The notes under the pieces are model-generated. The model did not search any database. It had not been told where the DNA came from and saw nothing but the letters and a program-made list of their open reading frames with translations. Shown here piece after piece: positions 37,699 through 48,371 of a stretch of 64,000 bases of DNA. The stretch comes from an uncultured Actinomycetes bacterium (lineage in GTDB: Bacteria; Actinomycetota; UBA4738; JBBDTT01): assembly GCA_963742735.1 (NCBI GenBank), contig CAVUMN010000004.1:288001-352000 (forward strand), given 5' to 3'. The position numbers and the translations under genes are program-made. Position 1 is the first letter of the stretch. Each line of letters begins with the position of its first letter.

Positions 37699-39402
37699 AT
37701 GGACAGCGAACAGACGGAACGCGCAACCCCTCTTCCGCCCTCGCTCGAGGCGATGGCCTTCGACCTGCTCGAGCACCTGCCGGTCGCCCTCTTCGTCGCC
37801 GACGGCGCCGGCCGGCCCGTGTACATGAACCGAGCGGCGCTCGAGCTGGTGGGCGTGGGCGTCACGCCGGGGACCACGGTCGATCAGCTGCCCGAGATCT
37901 ACCAGACGTACGAGGCCGGGACCGACAACCCCTACCCGGTCGAGCGGAGCACCCTGGTACGTGCCCTGCGGGGGGAGACGGCCACCACCGACGACCTGGA
38001 GATCCACCGTCCGGACGGGATCGTCCGGCTGCAGATCACCTCGGTGCCGATCTTCGACGCCGACGGGAACGTGGCGTTCGCCGTGGCGGCGTTCGAGGAC
38101 ATCACCGAGCGCAAGCGGGCCGAGACCGAGCTCCGCCTGGGCCACGAGCTCGCGCTGGCCATCAGCGGCGCGGCCACGGTGAACGACGCCCTCGGCCTCG
38201 CCGTCCGCCGCGTGGGCGAGCAGACCGGCTGGCCGTTCGGCCAGGCCTGGGTGCCCGACGCGACGGGCTCCTACCTGGAGTGCACCCCGATCTGGCACGG
38301 CGAGGGCGGCAGGTTCGACTGGTTCCGCGCGTCCAACCAGGGGACCACCTTCGCGCGCGGGGCCGGCCTGCCCGGGGCCGCTTGGGCGACGCGCAAGCCG
38401 GTGTGGGTCGAGGACCTGTGCACCGAGGTCCGACCTTCGGACGCGCCGTGGCCGCCCGGGACGTCGGGCTGTGCGCGGCGCTGGCGGTTCCCGTGCTGGC
38501 CGGAGACGAGGCGGTCGCCGTCCTCGAGTTCTTCCTGGGCAGAGCGCCGCCCGAGGACGACCGGACCCTGGAGGTCATCTCCACGGTGGCCGCCCAGCTC
38601 GGCTCGTTCGTCCGGCGCCGCCAGGCCGAGGACGCCCTGCGCGCCAGCGAGCGTGAGCTCCGGGCCATGGACAAGATCAAGAACACCTTCCTGGAGGGCG
38701 TCTCGCACGAGCTCCGGACGCCGCTCGGGGCCATGCGGGGGATCTCGGTGCTGCTCGCACGAGACCTGGAGCGCGAGACGCCGAAGCTCTCGACCGCCGA
38801 GCAGCACACCCTGCTCGAGCAGCTGGCGGGGACCGCGCGGACGATGAACCGGCTGCTCGACGACCTGCTCGACCTGGACCGGCTGGTCCTGGGCATCCTG
38901 GAGCCCGAGCGGGTCCGGGCCGACGTCGGGGAGCATGGTCCGCCAGGCCATCGCGGACAGCGAGGACCGCCGGCGGAGCCGGGTCATCGAGATCGGACCT
39001 GAGCCGCGGGTGATGGGCGTGGACCACTCGAAGGTCGAGCGCATCGTCGAGAACCTGCTGTCGAACGCCGCGAAGTACTCCCCCGCCGACACCCCCATCT
39101 GGGTCCGGGTCGAGGCGCAGCCGCGAGGGGCGCTGATCGTGGTGGAGGACGCGGGCGCAGGGGTGCCCGAGGAGATCCGCGAGCGCATCTTCGAGCCGTT
39201 CACCGCGGATCGGGCCGAGCCCGAACACAGCCCGGGCTGGGCATCGGCCTGTCGCTGGTCGCCGCGTTCGCCCAGCTCCACGGCGGACGGGCCTGGGTCG
39301 AGGACCGGGAGGGGGGCGGGGCCAGTCGTTCCGGGTGCTGCTGGCCGACGGGGCCGACGACGCGGCGCGGCCTCGGGCCGGATCGGGGCGGCGCCCGCGT
39401 GA
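37699..39402 (+). CDS. PAS/GAF sensor histidine kinase (frameshifted, probably assembly indels)
   Basis: PAS and GAF in the 37699 frame; H-box SHELRTPL in a second frame; ENLLSNAAKY/D.G.G/IFEPF in a third. Confidence 0.75.
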
Positions 39403-40086
39403 CGATCACGCCTGGCGATCTGCGAGGACCACCGGATGCTGGCCGACGCCCTGGTGATGGTGGTCGCCGACGACGGCGAGCTCGAGCTCTGGTCGCGCCC
39501 CCGGTGGACACCGCCGAGGACGCCGTGGCCCTGTGCGAGGAGCATCGCCCGGACGTGATCCTGATGGACATCCAGCTTCGCGGGGCGGCCACGAGCGGGC
39601 TCGAGGCCACGCGGCGAGATCAAGAAGTCTCGCCCGACACCCAGGTGGTGATCATCTCCGGGACTGGGGCAGGAGCGGATGCTCGTCGAGGCCGTCGAGG
39701 CGGGGGCCTGCGGATTCCTGGACAAGACCGAGGCCGTCGAGGAGGCCATCAACGCGGTGAAGGCCGCCGCGGCCGGGGAGGCCCTGATCGACCCGGCGTC
39801 CTGTCCCGGCTGCTCCGCAGGCCGCCGAGGAGCGCGCCGCCACCGCGAGAGCGAGGACATGCTCACCGGCCAGCTCACGGCCCGCGAGCTCGAGATCCTG
39901 CAGCTCCTTGCCCGGGGGATGCGCAACGAGGACATCGCGCGGTCGCTGCACCTGTCGGTCCGCACGGTGCAGACCCACGTGCAGAACATCCTCGGCAAGC
40001 TCGGGGTGCACTCCCGGCTGGAGGCGGTCGCGTTCGCGGCCCGCGCCGGGATCGTGAACGTCGGCGGCCAGGTCGCGGAGGCCTGA
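39399..40086 (+). CDS. NarL/FixJ family response regulator (frameshifted)
   Basis: RPDVILMDI receiver fragment; LTARELEIL...GMRNEDIA...TVQTHVQNILGKLGVHSR LuxR HTH. Confidence 0.8.
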
Positions 40087-40186
40087 TCTACGTAGCGACA
40101 CGTAGGCGGCGGTAACGGAAACCCGGTAGCGCAAGTTACCGGGCGCACCGGGTGGCCGGAACGCGGTCCCTTCCTATCGTCGGGCC

Positions 40187-40556
40187 ATGCAATTCCGCCC
40201 GCGGGTCGCCATCGGAGTCGAGCCCTTCATGGTCCGCTCGGCCATCCACACGGTCCTCTCGCGGGACCCCCGCATCGACGTCCGTCCTGCTCCCGCAGGA
40301 GCCCGACGTTCGCCTTCAGGCGCGCCGGGTCGACGCCGATGCGCTGGTCGTCTCTCACCAGGTGGTCCGGCCCGACGCCCTCGTGATCGCGCTGTTGCCG
40401 GGCGGGACCGTCGACGTCACCGACGGCGGGAAGATCCGCCGGGTGCCCTACGAGGGCATCTCCGCGCTCGTGGACCTGGTGCTGGACGAGCCCGGCCGCA
40501 CCGCCGCCCGCCGCCGCCATCCTGCCGCCCCGGCCAGGAGCCTCGCCGTCACCTGA
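40187..40556 (+). CDS. Small hypothetical protein (one apparent frameshift)
   Basis: MQFRPRVAIGVEPFMVRSAIHTVLSRDPRIDV continues in another frame as ...ADALVVS...GISALVDLV. Confidence 0.4.
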
Positions 40557-40566
40557 CAGAGCTTGC

Positions 40567-40656
40567 CCGTTCCCTCCCGCGCACCCCTCGGGAGGGGACG
40601 GACCAGACCAGCCGGTCCCTCCCGGAGCGCCCCTCGGGAGGGGCCGGTTTTCATTT
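40567..40656. repeat. Tandem pair of near-identical hairpins; the second has a T-tract (terminator)
   Basis: TCCCTCCCG...CCCCTCGGGAGGGG occurs twice; the second copy is followed by CCGGTTTTCATTT. Confidence 0.55.
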
Positions 40657-40673
40657 GGGGATAGGGTCGGGGC

Positions 40674-41088
40674 ATGGACGACACCGTCGACGGGATGACC
40701 TCGAGCAGTTCGCCCGGATGGCCGTGGAGCTGCACCGAGTGCCCCAGGACGAGTGGGACGCGGTGGCCGCCGGGTTCGGCGTCGGGCCGGGGAAGGTCTA
40801 CCGAGCTCGGCGAGCGATGGCAGGCGAAGATGACCGCCGACCCGTCGCTGGCGCTGGCGCTACAACGACCACTACCAGCGGGCGATGGTCGAGGCGGGGA
40901 TCACCGCGCCCGAGCTCACCCTGGAGCAGTACGCGGACCTGCTGAAGACCGGCGGACCCACGGAGGCCAACCTCCAGCGGTACTCGATCGACCTGCAGCA
41001 GTTCTCGATGATCTCGCAACGCATGACCCAGGCGATGGGTTCGAACATGGCGCTGGCGCAGCGGTTCGCGCAGCTGATGATGCCCTGA
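40674..41088 (+). CDS. Hypothetical protein with internal duplication (frameshifted)
   Basis: Two similar halves: (GMT)LEQFA...W...MTADPSLA and LTLEQYA...MTQAMGSNMALAQRF. Confidence 0.4.
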
Positions 41089-41091
41089 GGG

Positions 41092-41265
41092 CTAGAGGCC
41101 CTTGAACAGGATCCCGACGATCATGACGATCGTCGCGGAGACGAAGAACCACACGCCGGCCTCCTCGAACGCGCCGCCGAACGTCCCGATCGCACCGATG
41201 ATGCACAGGAGCGCGGTGGCCGCGATCGTGGCGACCTTGGGCGCGCGGTTCGATCCCCAGGCCAT
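41092..41265 (-). CDS. Small two-TM membrane protein (57 aa), absent from the ORF track
   Basis: MAWGSNRAPKVATIAATALLCIIGAIGTFGGAFEEAGVWFFVSATIVMIVGILFKGL; TGATG coupling to the upstream gene. Confidence 0.65.
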   Translation of the reverse strand: MAWGSNRAPKVATIAATALLCIIGAIGTFGGAFEEAGVWFFVSATIVMIVGILFKGL

Positions 41266-41477
41266 CAGAGGTTCGGGAGGAACGAGCCGGCGATGAGCAG
41301 GAGCGGCGAGCCGAGCAGGGCCAGGTAGCCCTCGTCCTTGCCGAGGCCCTCAAGGCCGATCTGGTTCAGCGCGTCGTTCACCCAGCTCATGGAGATCGTC
41401 CCGGTCAGGTGGAGGCCCGCCACCGTCAGGGCGAGCGCGAGGGCCATCGTCACCAACCGAGGCGCGTTCGTCTTCAC
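41265..41477 (-). CDS. Small two-TM membrane protein (70 aa)
   Basis: GTGA overlap with the holB stop; two hydrophobic segments. Confidence 0.65.
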   Translation of the reverse strand: MKTNAPRLVTMALALALTVAGLHLTGTISMSWVNDALNQIGLEGLGKDEGYLALLGSPLLLIAGSFLPNL

Positions 41478-42609
41478 GCGCGAACGGTACCCGATTCGAG
41501 TCGCAGGAAAGCCTCCTCGAGAACCAGCCGCGGGTTGAGGTTCGTCTCGTCGGCGAGGGCGGCCCGCGCCTCCTCGATGGCCTCCATCGCCCGGGCGAGG
41601 CCGGCCGGGGTGGCGGTCCGCGCGTGGGACGCCACGTCGTCGGCCAGGTCGACGTTGACGAGCCCGTCGGCGTCAACCCCCGACAGCGAGGCCAGGACGT
41701 CGCGGTGCCACGCCTGCAGGGCGAGCAGCGACCAATCGAGGAACTCCCGCTCGGCCCGGCGGTCCCGCCGGTGGTACTTCTCCTGCACCCGCTTCACGAT
41801 CGTGGCGTAGGCGGGGTCGGGACGGCCGGTGGACGGGTCGAGCATCGGCTCGAGCTCCGCCTCGAGCTCCTCCTTCAGCTCCTTGCGGTAGGCGGCCGTC
41901 CCGGCCAGGAGGGTCTCGGCGGCCACCAGCGGTCCCCCGCCGTCCGACCTCGACTCCAGCACGGCCTGAAGCGCCCCGGCTCGGAAGGCGAGCCCGCCCC
42001 GGTCGCGGGCGAGACGGCGGGCCCGGCCCATGTTCGAGCCGGCGAGGCGCGCGGACAGCAGCGCCCGCTCACGCGAGACGCCCTCCTTCACCAGCGCGTC
42101 CACGACGAACGCCTCGGGGAGCGGGTGGAACGTGACCGTGTGGCACCGCGAACGGATGGTCTCGGGGAGCTCCTCCGGCCGTGCCGACAGCAGCATGAGG
42201 ACCGTGTCGAGCGGCGGCTCCTCGAGGACCTTCAGCAGGACGTCCGCGGCGGCCGGGTTCAGCCGGTCGGCCTCCCGGATCACGAAGACCTTCCGGCCCG
42301 GCTCGGGGGCGGTCCGCGACGCGGGCGTCCACACGCCGTCGCGGATGGCGTCGACGCGGATGTCGCGGCCCTCGGGCTCGATCACGCTGACGTTGGGATG
42401 CCGCTCCTCGAGGGCCAGGCGGCACGCCCGGCACTCGCCGCAGCCGCCGTTCTCGCACAGCAGCGCGGCCACGAAGGCGCGGGCCGCGAGCTGCTTGCCC
42501 GACCCCTCGGGCCCGGCGAACAGGTAGGCGTGGTGCGGGCGGGCCGCGGCGCGGCCAGGAACCCGATCGCCTCGTCCTGGGACGGGACGGCCTCCAGGAC
42601 GGCGCTCAC
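41474..42609 (-). CDS. holB: DNA polymerase III delta' subunit (frameshift near the 5' end)
   Basis: HAYLFAGPEGSGK, CENGGCGECRAC zinc site, LLKVLEEPP, TIRSRC. Confidence 0.9.
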
Positions 42610-44607
42610 GTCGGGCGCCCCTCGGCCTCGGCCGCGCGCTGCTCGAGGAACGGGCGGAGCGCCTCTCGCACGCGATCCTGGACGACCTCCGGGGGCGCGT
42701 CGGCGTCGACGATCGCGAACCGCTCCGGGTGCTCCTCGGCCAGGTGGAGGTACGCGTCGGCGACCTTCGCGTGGAACTCCTCGTCCTCGGACTCGAACCG
42801 GTCGGCCTTGGGCGAGCTTGCGCGACAGCCCGACCTCGGGCTCCAGGTGGAGCAGGACGACCAGGTCCGGGAACAGGCCCTGGGTGGCCCACGCGTTCAG
42901 CTGCAGAACGTCGGCCTCGCCGAGGCCCCGGGCCACTCCCTGGTATGCGAGCGAGGAATCAACGTAGCGGTCGCACAGCACCACCTGGCCCTCGGTCAGC
43001 GCGGGACGGATCACGCTGACCACGTGCTGGGCCCGGCTCGCGGCGAACACCAGCGCCTCGGCCCGGGCGTCGACGACCGGGTGGTCCTTCGAGAGGACCG
43101 CGTTGCGGAGCAGCTCTCCCAGGTCGGTTCCCCCCGGCTCGCGGGTCACCAGGACCGAGTGTCCCTCGTCCTCGAGCCACTCCTTGGCCAGCCGGATCTG
43201 GGTGCCCTTGCCGGCACCCTCGACGCCCTCGAACGCGATGAAGATCCCCTTCTCCGGAGCCTTGCGCAGACGCAGGTGCAGGTTCAGGGCGCGGGGCCGC
43301 GCGAGCCGGCTGCGCTTCAGGCCGCGCCGCGAGACGACGCCGGCGAGCAGGACGACCATGCCCCCGATGAGGAGCGCCACCTGGGTGCCCTCGACCTCGA
43401 CTCCGCTGAACGGAAGTTGACGATTGCCGACCACGGCGGACAGCAGTGGGAAGCCGGCCAACGACAGGAACAGCCCGAGCCGCGCGAGGGTGGTGAGGGT
43501 CCCGAACGTCCGGCCGCGGAACTCGTCAGAGATGTTCTCCTGCAGGATCGTGTAGCCGGTCACCCAGGTCATGCCGACGAACGCGCCGACGACACCCGTG
43601 ACCAGGGCGGCGAGCGCCACCGTCGGCATGAGCCCCAGGGCGATCCCCGCGCTCCCGGCGGCCACCATCGCCGCGGAGAACACGGTCTCCTTCTCGATGT
43701 ACTTGTTGACCAGCCCGAGACTGGCCATCCCCACGCCCATCCCCACGCCGAGCGACGTGACCAGCACGCCCCAGCTGGTCGGGCTGTCCAGGTGCTCGAT
43801 CGCGAAGATCGGACCGACCGAGATCACGGAGCCCGCCCCGGTGAACGCGATGACGATCCCCAGGAGCATCGCCCGGGCCAGCGCGTGGGCCCGCATGAAC
43901 TTGATGCCCTCGCGCAGGTCGGCGAACGCCTCACCGAACTTGAACGACTCGGGCCGCCCCTTGCCCGCGGGACGCAGGGTCAGCCGGCTGATCATGAACG
44001 CGGAGAAGAAGAACGTGAGGCCGTCGAGCCACAGCGCCAGGAACGCGGGATTCTCCTCGAACCGCCCGCCGATGGCTCCGGCCAGGGCGACCGAGGCCGT
44101 ATAGATGATGCCCCCGAGGGGCAGCGTCCCGTAGGTGAGCGCCAGGTTGATGGTGTTCGCGTTCTGGAGCTGCCGCTTGGGGACCATGTTCGGGAGGCTC
44201 GCGTCCTTCGCCGGCGTCCACAGCAGGCTGAAGCACTCGATGATGAAGGAGAGCAGGAAGATCATCCACAGCTCTCCGAGGAAGGGCATGGCCGCGTACA
44301 TCGCGCCGCGGGTGATGTCGGCCACCATCATCAGCCGCTTGCGGTCGTAGCGGTCCACCAGCACCCCCGCGAAGGGGCCGAACAGCACCGAGGGCAGCAG
44401 TCGCGCCGCCATCACGCCGGCCACCGCGAAGCCGGCGCCCTTCTGGGCGACGAGGGCGGCGACCGCGACGAACCCGACCCAGTCCCCCAGCGAGGAGATG
44501 AGCAGGGCCTTCCAGATCCGGGAGAACTGGGGATGGGCGAACAGGTCGCCCAGCCGCGCCGGCTTGCGCCCGCGCAGGGCCGCGATCTGGTCCGCGGTGC
44601 TCGCCAT
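42606..44607 (-). CDS. tmk: MFS transporter - thymidylate kinase fusion (frameshift near 42815)
   Basis: N-terminal multi-TM MFS domain (GVLVDRYDRKR), then FIAFEGVEGAGKGTQ, TREPGG, DRYVDSSLAYQG; C-terminus DRFESEDEEFH in another frame. Confidence 0.88.
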
Positions 44608-44624
44608 GGAGGGTGATTATCCGG

Positions 44625-47081
44625 CTAATGGGCCGGGCTCGACCCGTTGCCTCCGGCGGCCGGCTTCGCGGCCGCCTTCTTGCGCGGCGCGCGCTTGGCC
44701 GCGGCCTTCTTGGCCGGAGCCTTCTTCGCGGCGGCCTTCTTGCCGCCGGCGCGGGGCTTGGGGATCAGCTTCTCGGCCTCGTCCGCGGGAAGCTCCTGCC
44801 CCTCGGCGTCCCACGCGCGGGCGCATTTGATGCAGCGGATCGCCCCGCCCCGGGCCTCGACCCGCACCCCGCCACACTCGGGGCAGGGATCCTTCAGCGG
44901 CATCTGGTTGAGCGCGAAGTCGCAGTCGGGGTAGCGGTTACAGGAATAGAACATGCCGAACTTGCCCCGGCGCTGGACCAGCTCGCCCTGCTCGCACTTG
45001 GGGCAGGTGACGCCGGTGCCGACCTCCTGGCGCGCCTCCTTCTTGATGTACTTGCAGTCCGGGTAGCCGCTGCATCCGATGAACGGGCCGTACCGGCCCG
45101 TCCGCTGTTGCAGCCGGTTGACGCCGCACTCCGGGCAGATCTCGTCGAGGAGCTCGGGCTCGGGGCGGGCGGTCCCGTCGGGCTCGGCCGTGTACTTGCA
45201 CTCGGGGTAGTTCGAGCACGCCAGGAACCGGCCGTAGCGGCCGAGCTTCAGCTGGAGGGTTCCCGGCTCGCGGCCCTCCTCGGGACAGCGCGGACAGGTC
45301 ATCTCGGTATCGACCACGGGCGGCTTCATCTGGTCGCCGGCCTTCTCGAGGGCTCGCTCGAACGGGCCGAAGAACTCGTCGAGGACCTGGACCCATCCGA
45401 GCTTGCCCTCGGCGATGTCGTCGAGCTCCTCCTCCATGTGCGACGTGAACCCCACGTCGACCACGTCGGGGAAGTGCTCGATCAGCACGTCGGTGACCAC
45501 CTCGCCGATGTCCTCGGCGAAGAACCGCTTGTCCTCCAGCCGGACGTAGCCGCGGTCCTGGATCACCGAGACGATCGAGGCGTACGTCGAGGGGCGGCCG
45601 ATCCCGTTCTCCTCGAGCGCCTTGACCAGTGACGCCTCGGTGTAGCGCGGCGGCGGCTGCGTGAAGTGCTGCTCGGGCAGCAGGTCGAGCAGGCGAAGGA
45701 CCTGCTCGGCGGTGAGGGCGGGAAGCATCGACTCGGCGTCGTCGTCGGTGAGTGCGTCGTCGCGGCCCACGATGTAGACGCGCCGGAACCCATCGAACAG
45801 CAGCGTCTGGCCGGTGGCCCGAAGCAGGTAGTCGGGACCCTCCGTGGGGGGCTTCGCGGAGACGTCCACGCTCACCCGGTTGAAGCGAGCCTGCGCCATC
45901 TGCGACGCCATCGTGCGCTGCCAGATCAGGCGGTACAGCTTCTGCTGGTCCGGGGTGAGATGCGCGGACATCGCGTCGGGCGTGCGCGCGGCGCTCGTCG
46001 GGCGGATCGCCTCGTGCGCCTCCTGGGCGCCGCGCTGCTGCGTCTTGTAGCGGCGCGGCTGGGGCAGCGCGTACTCGGCCCCGAACTGCGAGCGGATGAG
46101 ACCGGTGATCTCCTCGAGCGCCGTCTCGGCGATGTTCACCGAGTCGGTGCGCATGTAAGTGATCAGGCCGACCGAGCCCTCTCCCGGCAGGTTGATGCCC
46201 TCGTACAGCTGCTGCGCGGTCCGCATGGCCTTCCGGGCCCCGAACCCGAGCTTGCGCGACGCCTCCTGCTGGAGGGTCGAGGTCCTGAACGGGGGCGACG
46301 GGTTGGTCTTGACCTCCTTCTCCCGCACCTCCTCGACGCGGTAGGCCGCGGCCCGGAGCCGCGCGACGTGGACGCCGGCCTCCTCCTGCGTCGACAGGAC
46401 CAGGCCCCGCTTGTCGGGACTCGCCGCGAGCTTCTCCTCGCCGACCTGGAACAGGCGCGCGACGAACGCCGACTCGTCCCCGTTGGGGGCCAGGCGCGCG
46501 TCGACCGACCAGTACTCGACCGGCTCGAACGCGCGGATCTCCCGCTCGCGCTCGACGATCAGGCGAACGGCCACCGACTGGACCCGGCCGGCGGAGAGCG
46601 CGCGGCGCAGGTTCTTCGACAGCAGCGGCGAGACCGTGTAGCCGACCAGCCGGTCGAGGATCCGCCGCGCCTGCTGGGCCTCGACAAGCCGAAGATCGAT
46701 CGTGCGCGGATGCTCGAACGCCTCGAGGATCGCGGCCTTCGTGATCTCGGTGAACGTCACCCGCGGCGTCGTGGCGGGGTCGGCCTTCAGGAGCTCGGCC
46801 ACGTGGAACGCGATGGCCTCGCCCTCGCGGTCGAAGTCGGTGGCGAGCACGAGGCCGTCGGACTTCTTGAACACGCTGCGCAGCTCGTTCACCACGGGCT
46901 GGGAGTCCTCGGGGACGACGTACTCCGGCTCGAAGTCGCGCTCGGTGTCCACGCCCATCCGGTCGGCTGGCAGGTCGCGGATGTGCCCGACCGAAGCCCG
47001 GACGGTGTAGTCCCCGCCCAGGTACTTCTCGAGCGTCTTCGCCTTCGTCGGCGACTCGACGACCACCAGTTGTTTGCCCAT
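44625..47081 (-). CDS. topA: Type IA DNA topoisomerase I
   Basis: VESPTKAK, DFDREGE, SAGRVQS, ITYMRTDS, AHEAIRPT, GIGRPSTY; C4 zinc ribbons; Lys/Ala-rich tail. Confidence 0.97.
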   Translation of the reverse strand: MGKQLVVVESPTKAKTLEKYLGGDYTVRASVGHIRDLPADRMGVDTERDFEPEYVVPEDSQPVVNELRSVFKKSDGLVLATDFDREGEAIAFHVAELLKADPATTPRVTFTEITKAAILEAFEHPRTIDLRLVEAQQARRILDRLVGYTVSPLLSKNLRRALSAGRVQSVAVRLIVEREREIRAFEPVEYWSVDARLAPNGDESAFVARLFQVGEEKLAASPDKRGLVLSTQEEAGVHVARLRAAAYRVEEVREKEVKTNPSPPFRTSTLQQEASRKLGFGARKAMRTAQQLYEGINLPGEGSVGLITYMRTDSVNIAETALEEITGLIRSQFGAEYALPQPRRYKTQQRGAQEAHEAIRPTSAARTPDAMSAHLTPDQQKLYRLIWQRTMASQMAQARFNRVSVDVSAKPPTEGPDYLLRATGQTLLFDGFRRVYIVGRDDALTDDDAESMLPALTAEQVLRLLDLLPEQHFTQPPPRYTEASLVKALEENGIGRPSTYASIVSVIQDRGYVRLEDKRFFAEDIGEVVTDVLIEHFPDVVDVGFTSHMEEELDDIAEGKLGWVQVLDEFFGPFERALEKAGDQMKPPVVDTEMTCPRCPEEGREPGTLQLKLGRYGRFLACSNYPECKYTAEPDGTARPEPELLDEICPECGVNRLQQRTGRYGPFIGCSGYPDCKYIKKEARQEVGTGVTCPKCEQGELVQRRGKFGMFYSCNRYPDCDFALNQMPLKDPCPECGGVRVEARGGAIRCIKCARAWDAEGQELPADEAEKLIPKPRAGGKKAAAKKAPAKKAAAKRAPRKKAAAKPAAGGNGSSPAH

Positions 47082-47085
47082 GTCG

Positions 47086-47763
47086 TCAGTCCAACGGTTC
47101 CGTATTCCCGTTTTCGGCCGCGACCGCCGCCCTCTTTCGCCGGCGCGAACGCACGACCTCGATCACTGGAGGGATGAGGGAGAGGCCGACCACGACCCCG
47201 ATGATCAGCAGGATGTAGCGCTCCAGATCGGGGATCGACTTGCCAAGAACATAGCCGAGCGTGGTGACACCGACCCCCCACAGCAGCGCGCCGATCAGGT
47301 TGAAGGACACGAACCGCCGGTAGTTCATGCCCGTCGCGCCGGCCACGATCGGGGCCAGCGTGCGCACGATCGGCACGAAGCGGGCGAGCACGATCGCGGT
47401 CCCGCCGCGGCGCTCGTAGAACTTCGTCGCGCGGTCAAGATGCTCGCGCTTGAAGAACCGGGAGCTCTCGCGGCGGTAGAGCGCGGGCCCCGCCCGGCGG
47501 CCGAACGCGTACCCCACGCTGTCCCCGGCGGCGGCCGCCACGAACACCAGCGGCAGCAGCGCGGCCATCGGGAGGTCGCCGTTCGCCGCGAAGATCCCCG
47601 CGGTGATGAGCAGGCTGTCGCCCGGCAGGAACAGCCCGATCAGGACCCCTGACTCCATGAACACGGCGGTCGTGATCCCGATGAGACCGAACGTCTGCAC
47701 CAGGAACTTGGGGTCGATCCAGTCGGTGAGCTTCGCCAGGACTCCGGCGAGGTCGGTGGTCAC
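47086..47763 (-). CDS. DedA family membrane protein
   Basis: FMESG...LPGDSLL, GD...Y..GR, ARFVPIVRT; start could extend to 47790. Confidence 0.9.
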   Translation of the reverse strand: MTTDLAGVLAKLTDWIDPKFLVQTFGLIGITTAVFMESGVLIGLFLPGDSLLITAGIFAANGDLPMAALLPLVFVAAAAGDSVGYAFGRRAGPALYRRESSRFFKREHLDRATKFYERRGGTAIVLARFVPIVRTLAPIVAGATGMNYRRFVSFNLIGALLWGVGVTTLGYVLGKSIPDLERYILLIIGVVVGLSLIPPVIEVVRSRRRKRAAVAAENGNTEPLD

Positions 47764-47809
47764 GGCCGCCGATGGTACGCCCCTCGTCAAGGGCGCCCGC
47801 CGGGATGAG

Positions 47810-48361
47810 CTACAGGCCGATCTCCGGCGCGACCTCCTGGAGGCCCTCGATCCCGAGGCCGATGAACTCCTCCAGGGGCACGCCGATGCCCTCCTCGACG
47901 GCGTTCACCTCGTCGCGATTGACGCCCGGCGCGAACGCCTTCTCCTTGAGCTTCTTGCGCACGCTGGAGACCTTCATCCCGGTGGCCTTCTCCGGCCGGA
48001 CCAGCGCCGCGGCGACCAGCAACCCGGCCAGCGCGTCCGCGTGGACGACGGCCTTGGACATCAGGTCGGTCCGGTACTCCTCGTACGCGTGGGCCAGGAC
48101 GCCGTTGACGATCGACTCGTCGACGCTCCGCTCGCGCAGCCAGCCGGCGGCCATCCGCGCGTGCTTGTCGGTGTCCTCGCCGCCGCCGGTGTGGTCCTGG
48201 TCCAGGTCGTGGAACAGCCCGGTCAGCGCCCACGTCGCCTCGTCCTCGCCGAAGTGACGGGCCAGCCGGCGCATCACGCCCTCGACGCTCACCAGGTGGC
48301 GGTACGTCGTGTCCTTCTCGGTCCGTTCCTTCGCGAACGCTCGCGCGGCGTCGATCTCCAT
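47810..48361 (-). CDS. HD domain metal-dependent phosphohydrolase
   Basis: H...V...M, GLFHDLD, LAH, DALAGL, KKLKEKAFA.GVNR. Confidence 0.85.
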   Translation of the reverse strand: MEIDAARAFAKERTEKDTTYRHLVSVEGVMRRLARHFGEDEATWALTGLFHDLDQDHTGGGEDTDKHARMAAGWLRERSVDESIVNGVLAHAYEEYRTDLMSKAVVHADALAGLLVAAALVRPEKATGMKVSSVRKKLKEKAFAPGVNRDEVNAVEEGIGVPLEEFIGLGIEGLQEVAPEIGL

Positions 48362-48371
48362 CGGTGCTCCT

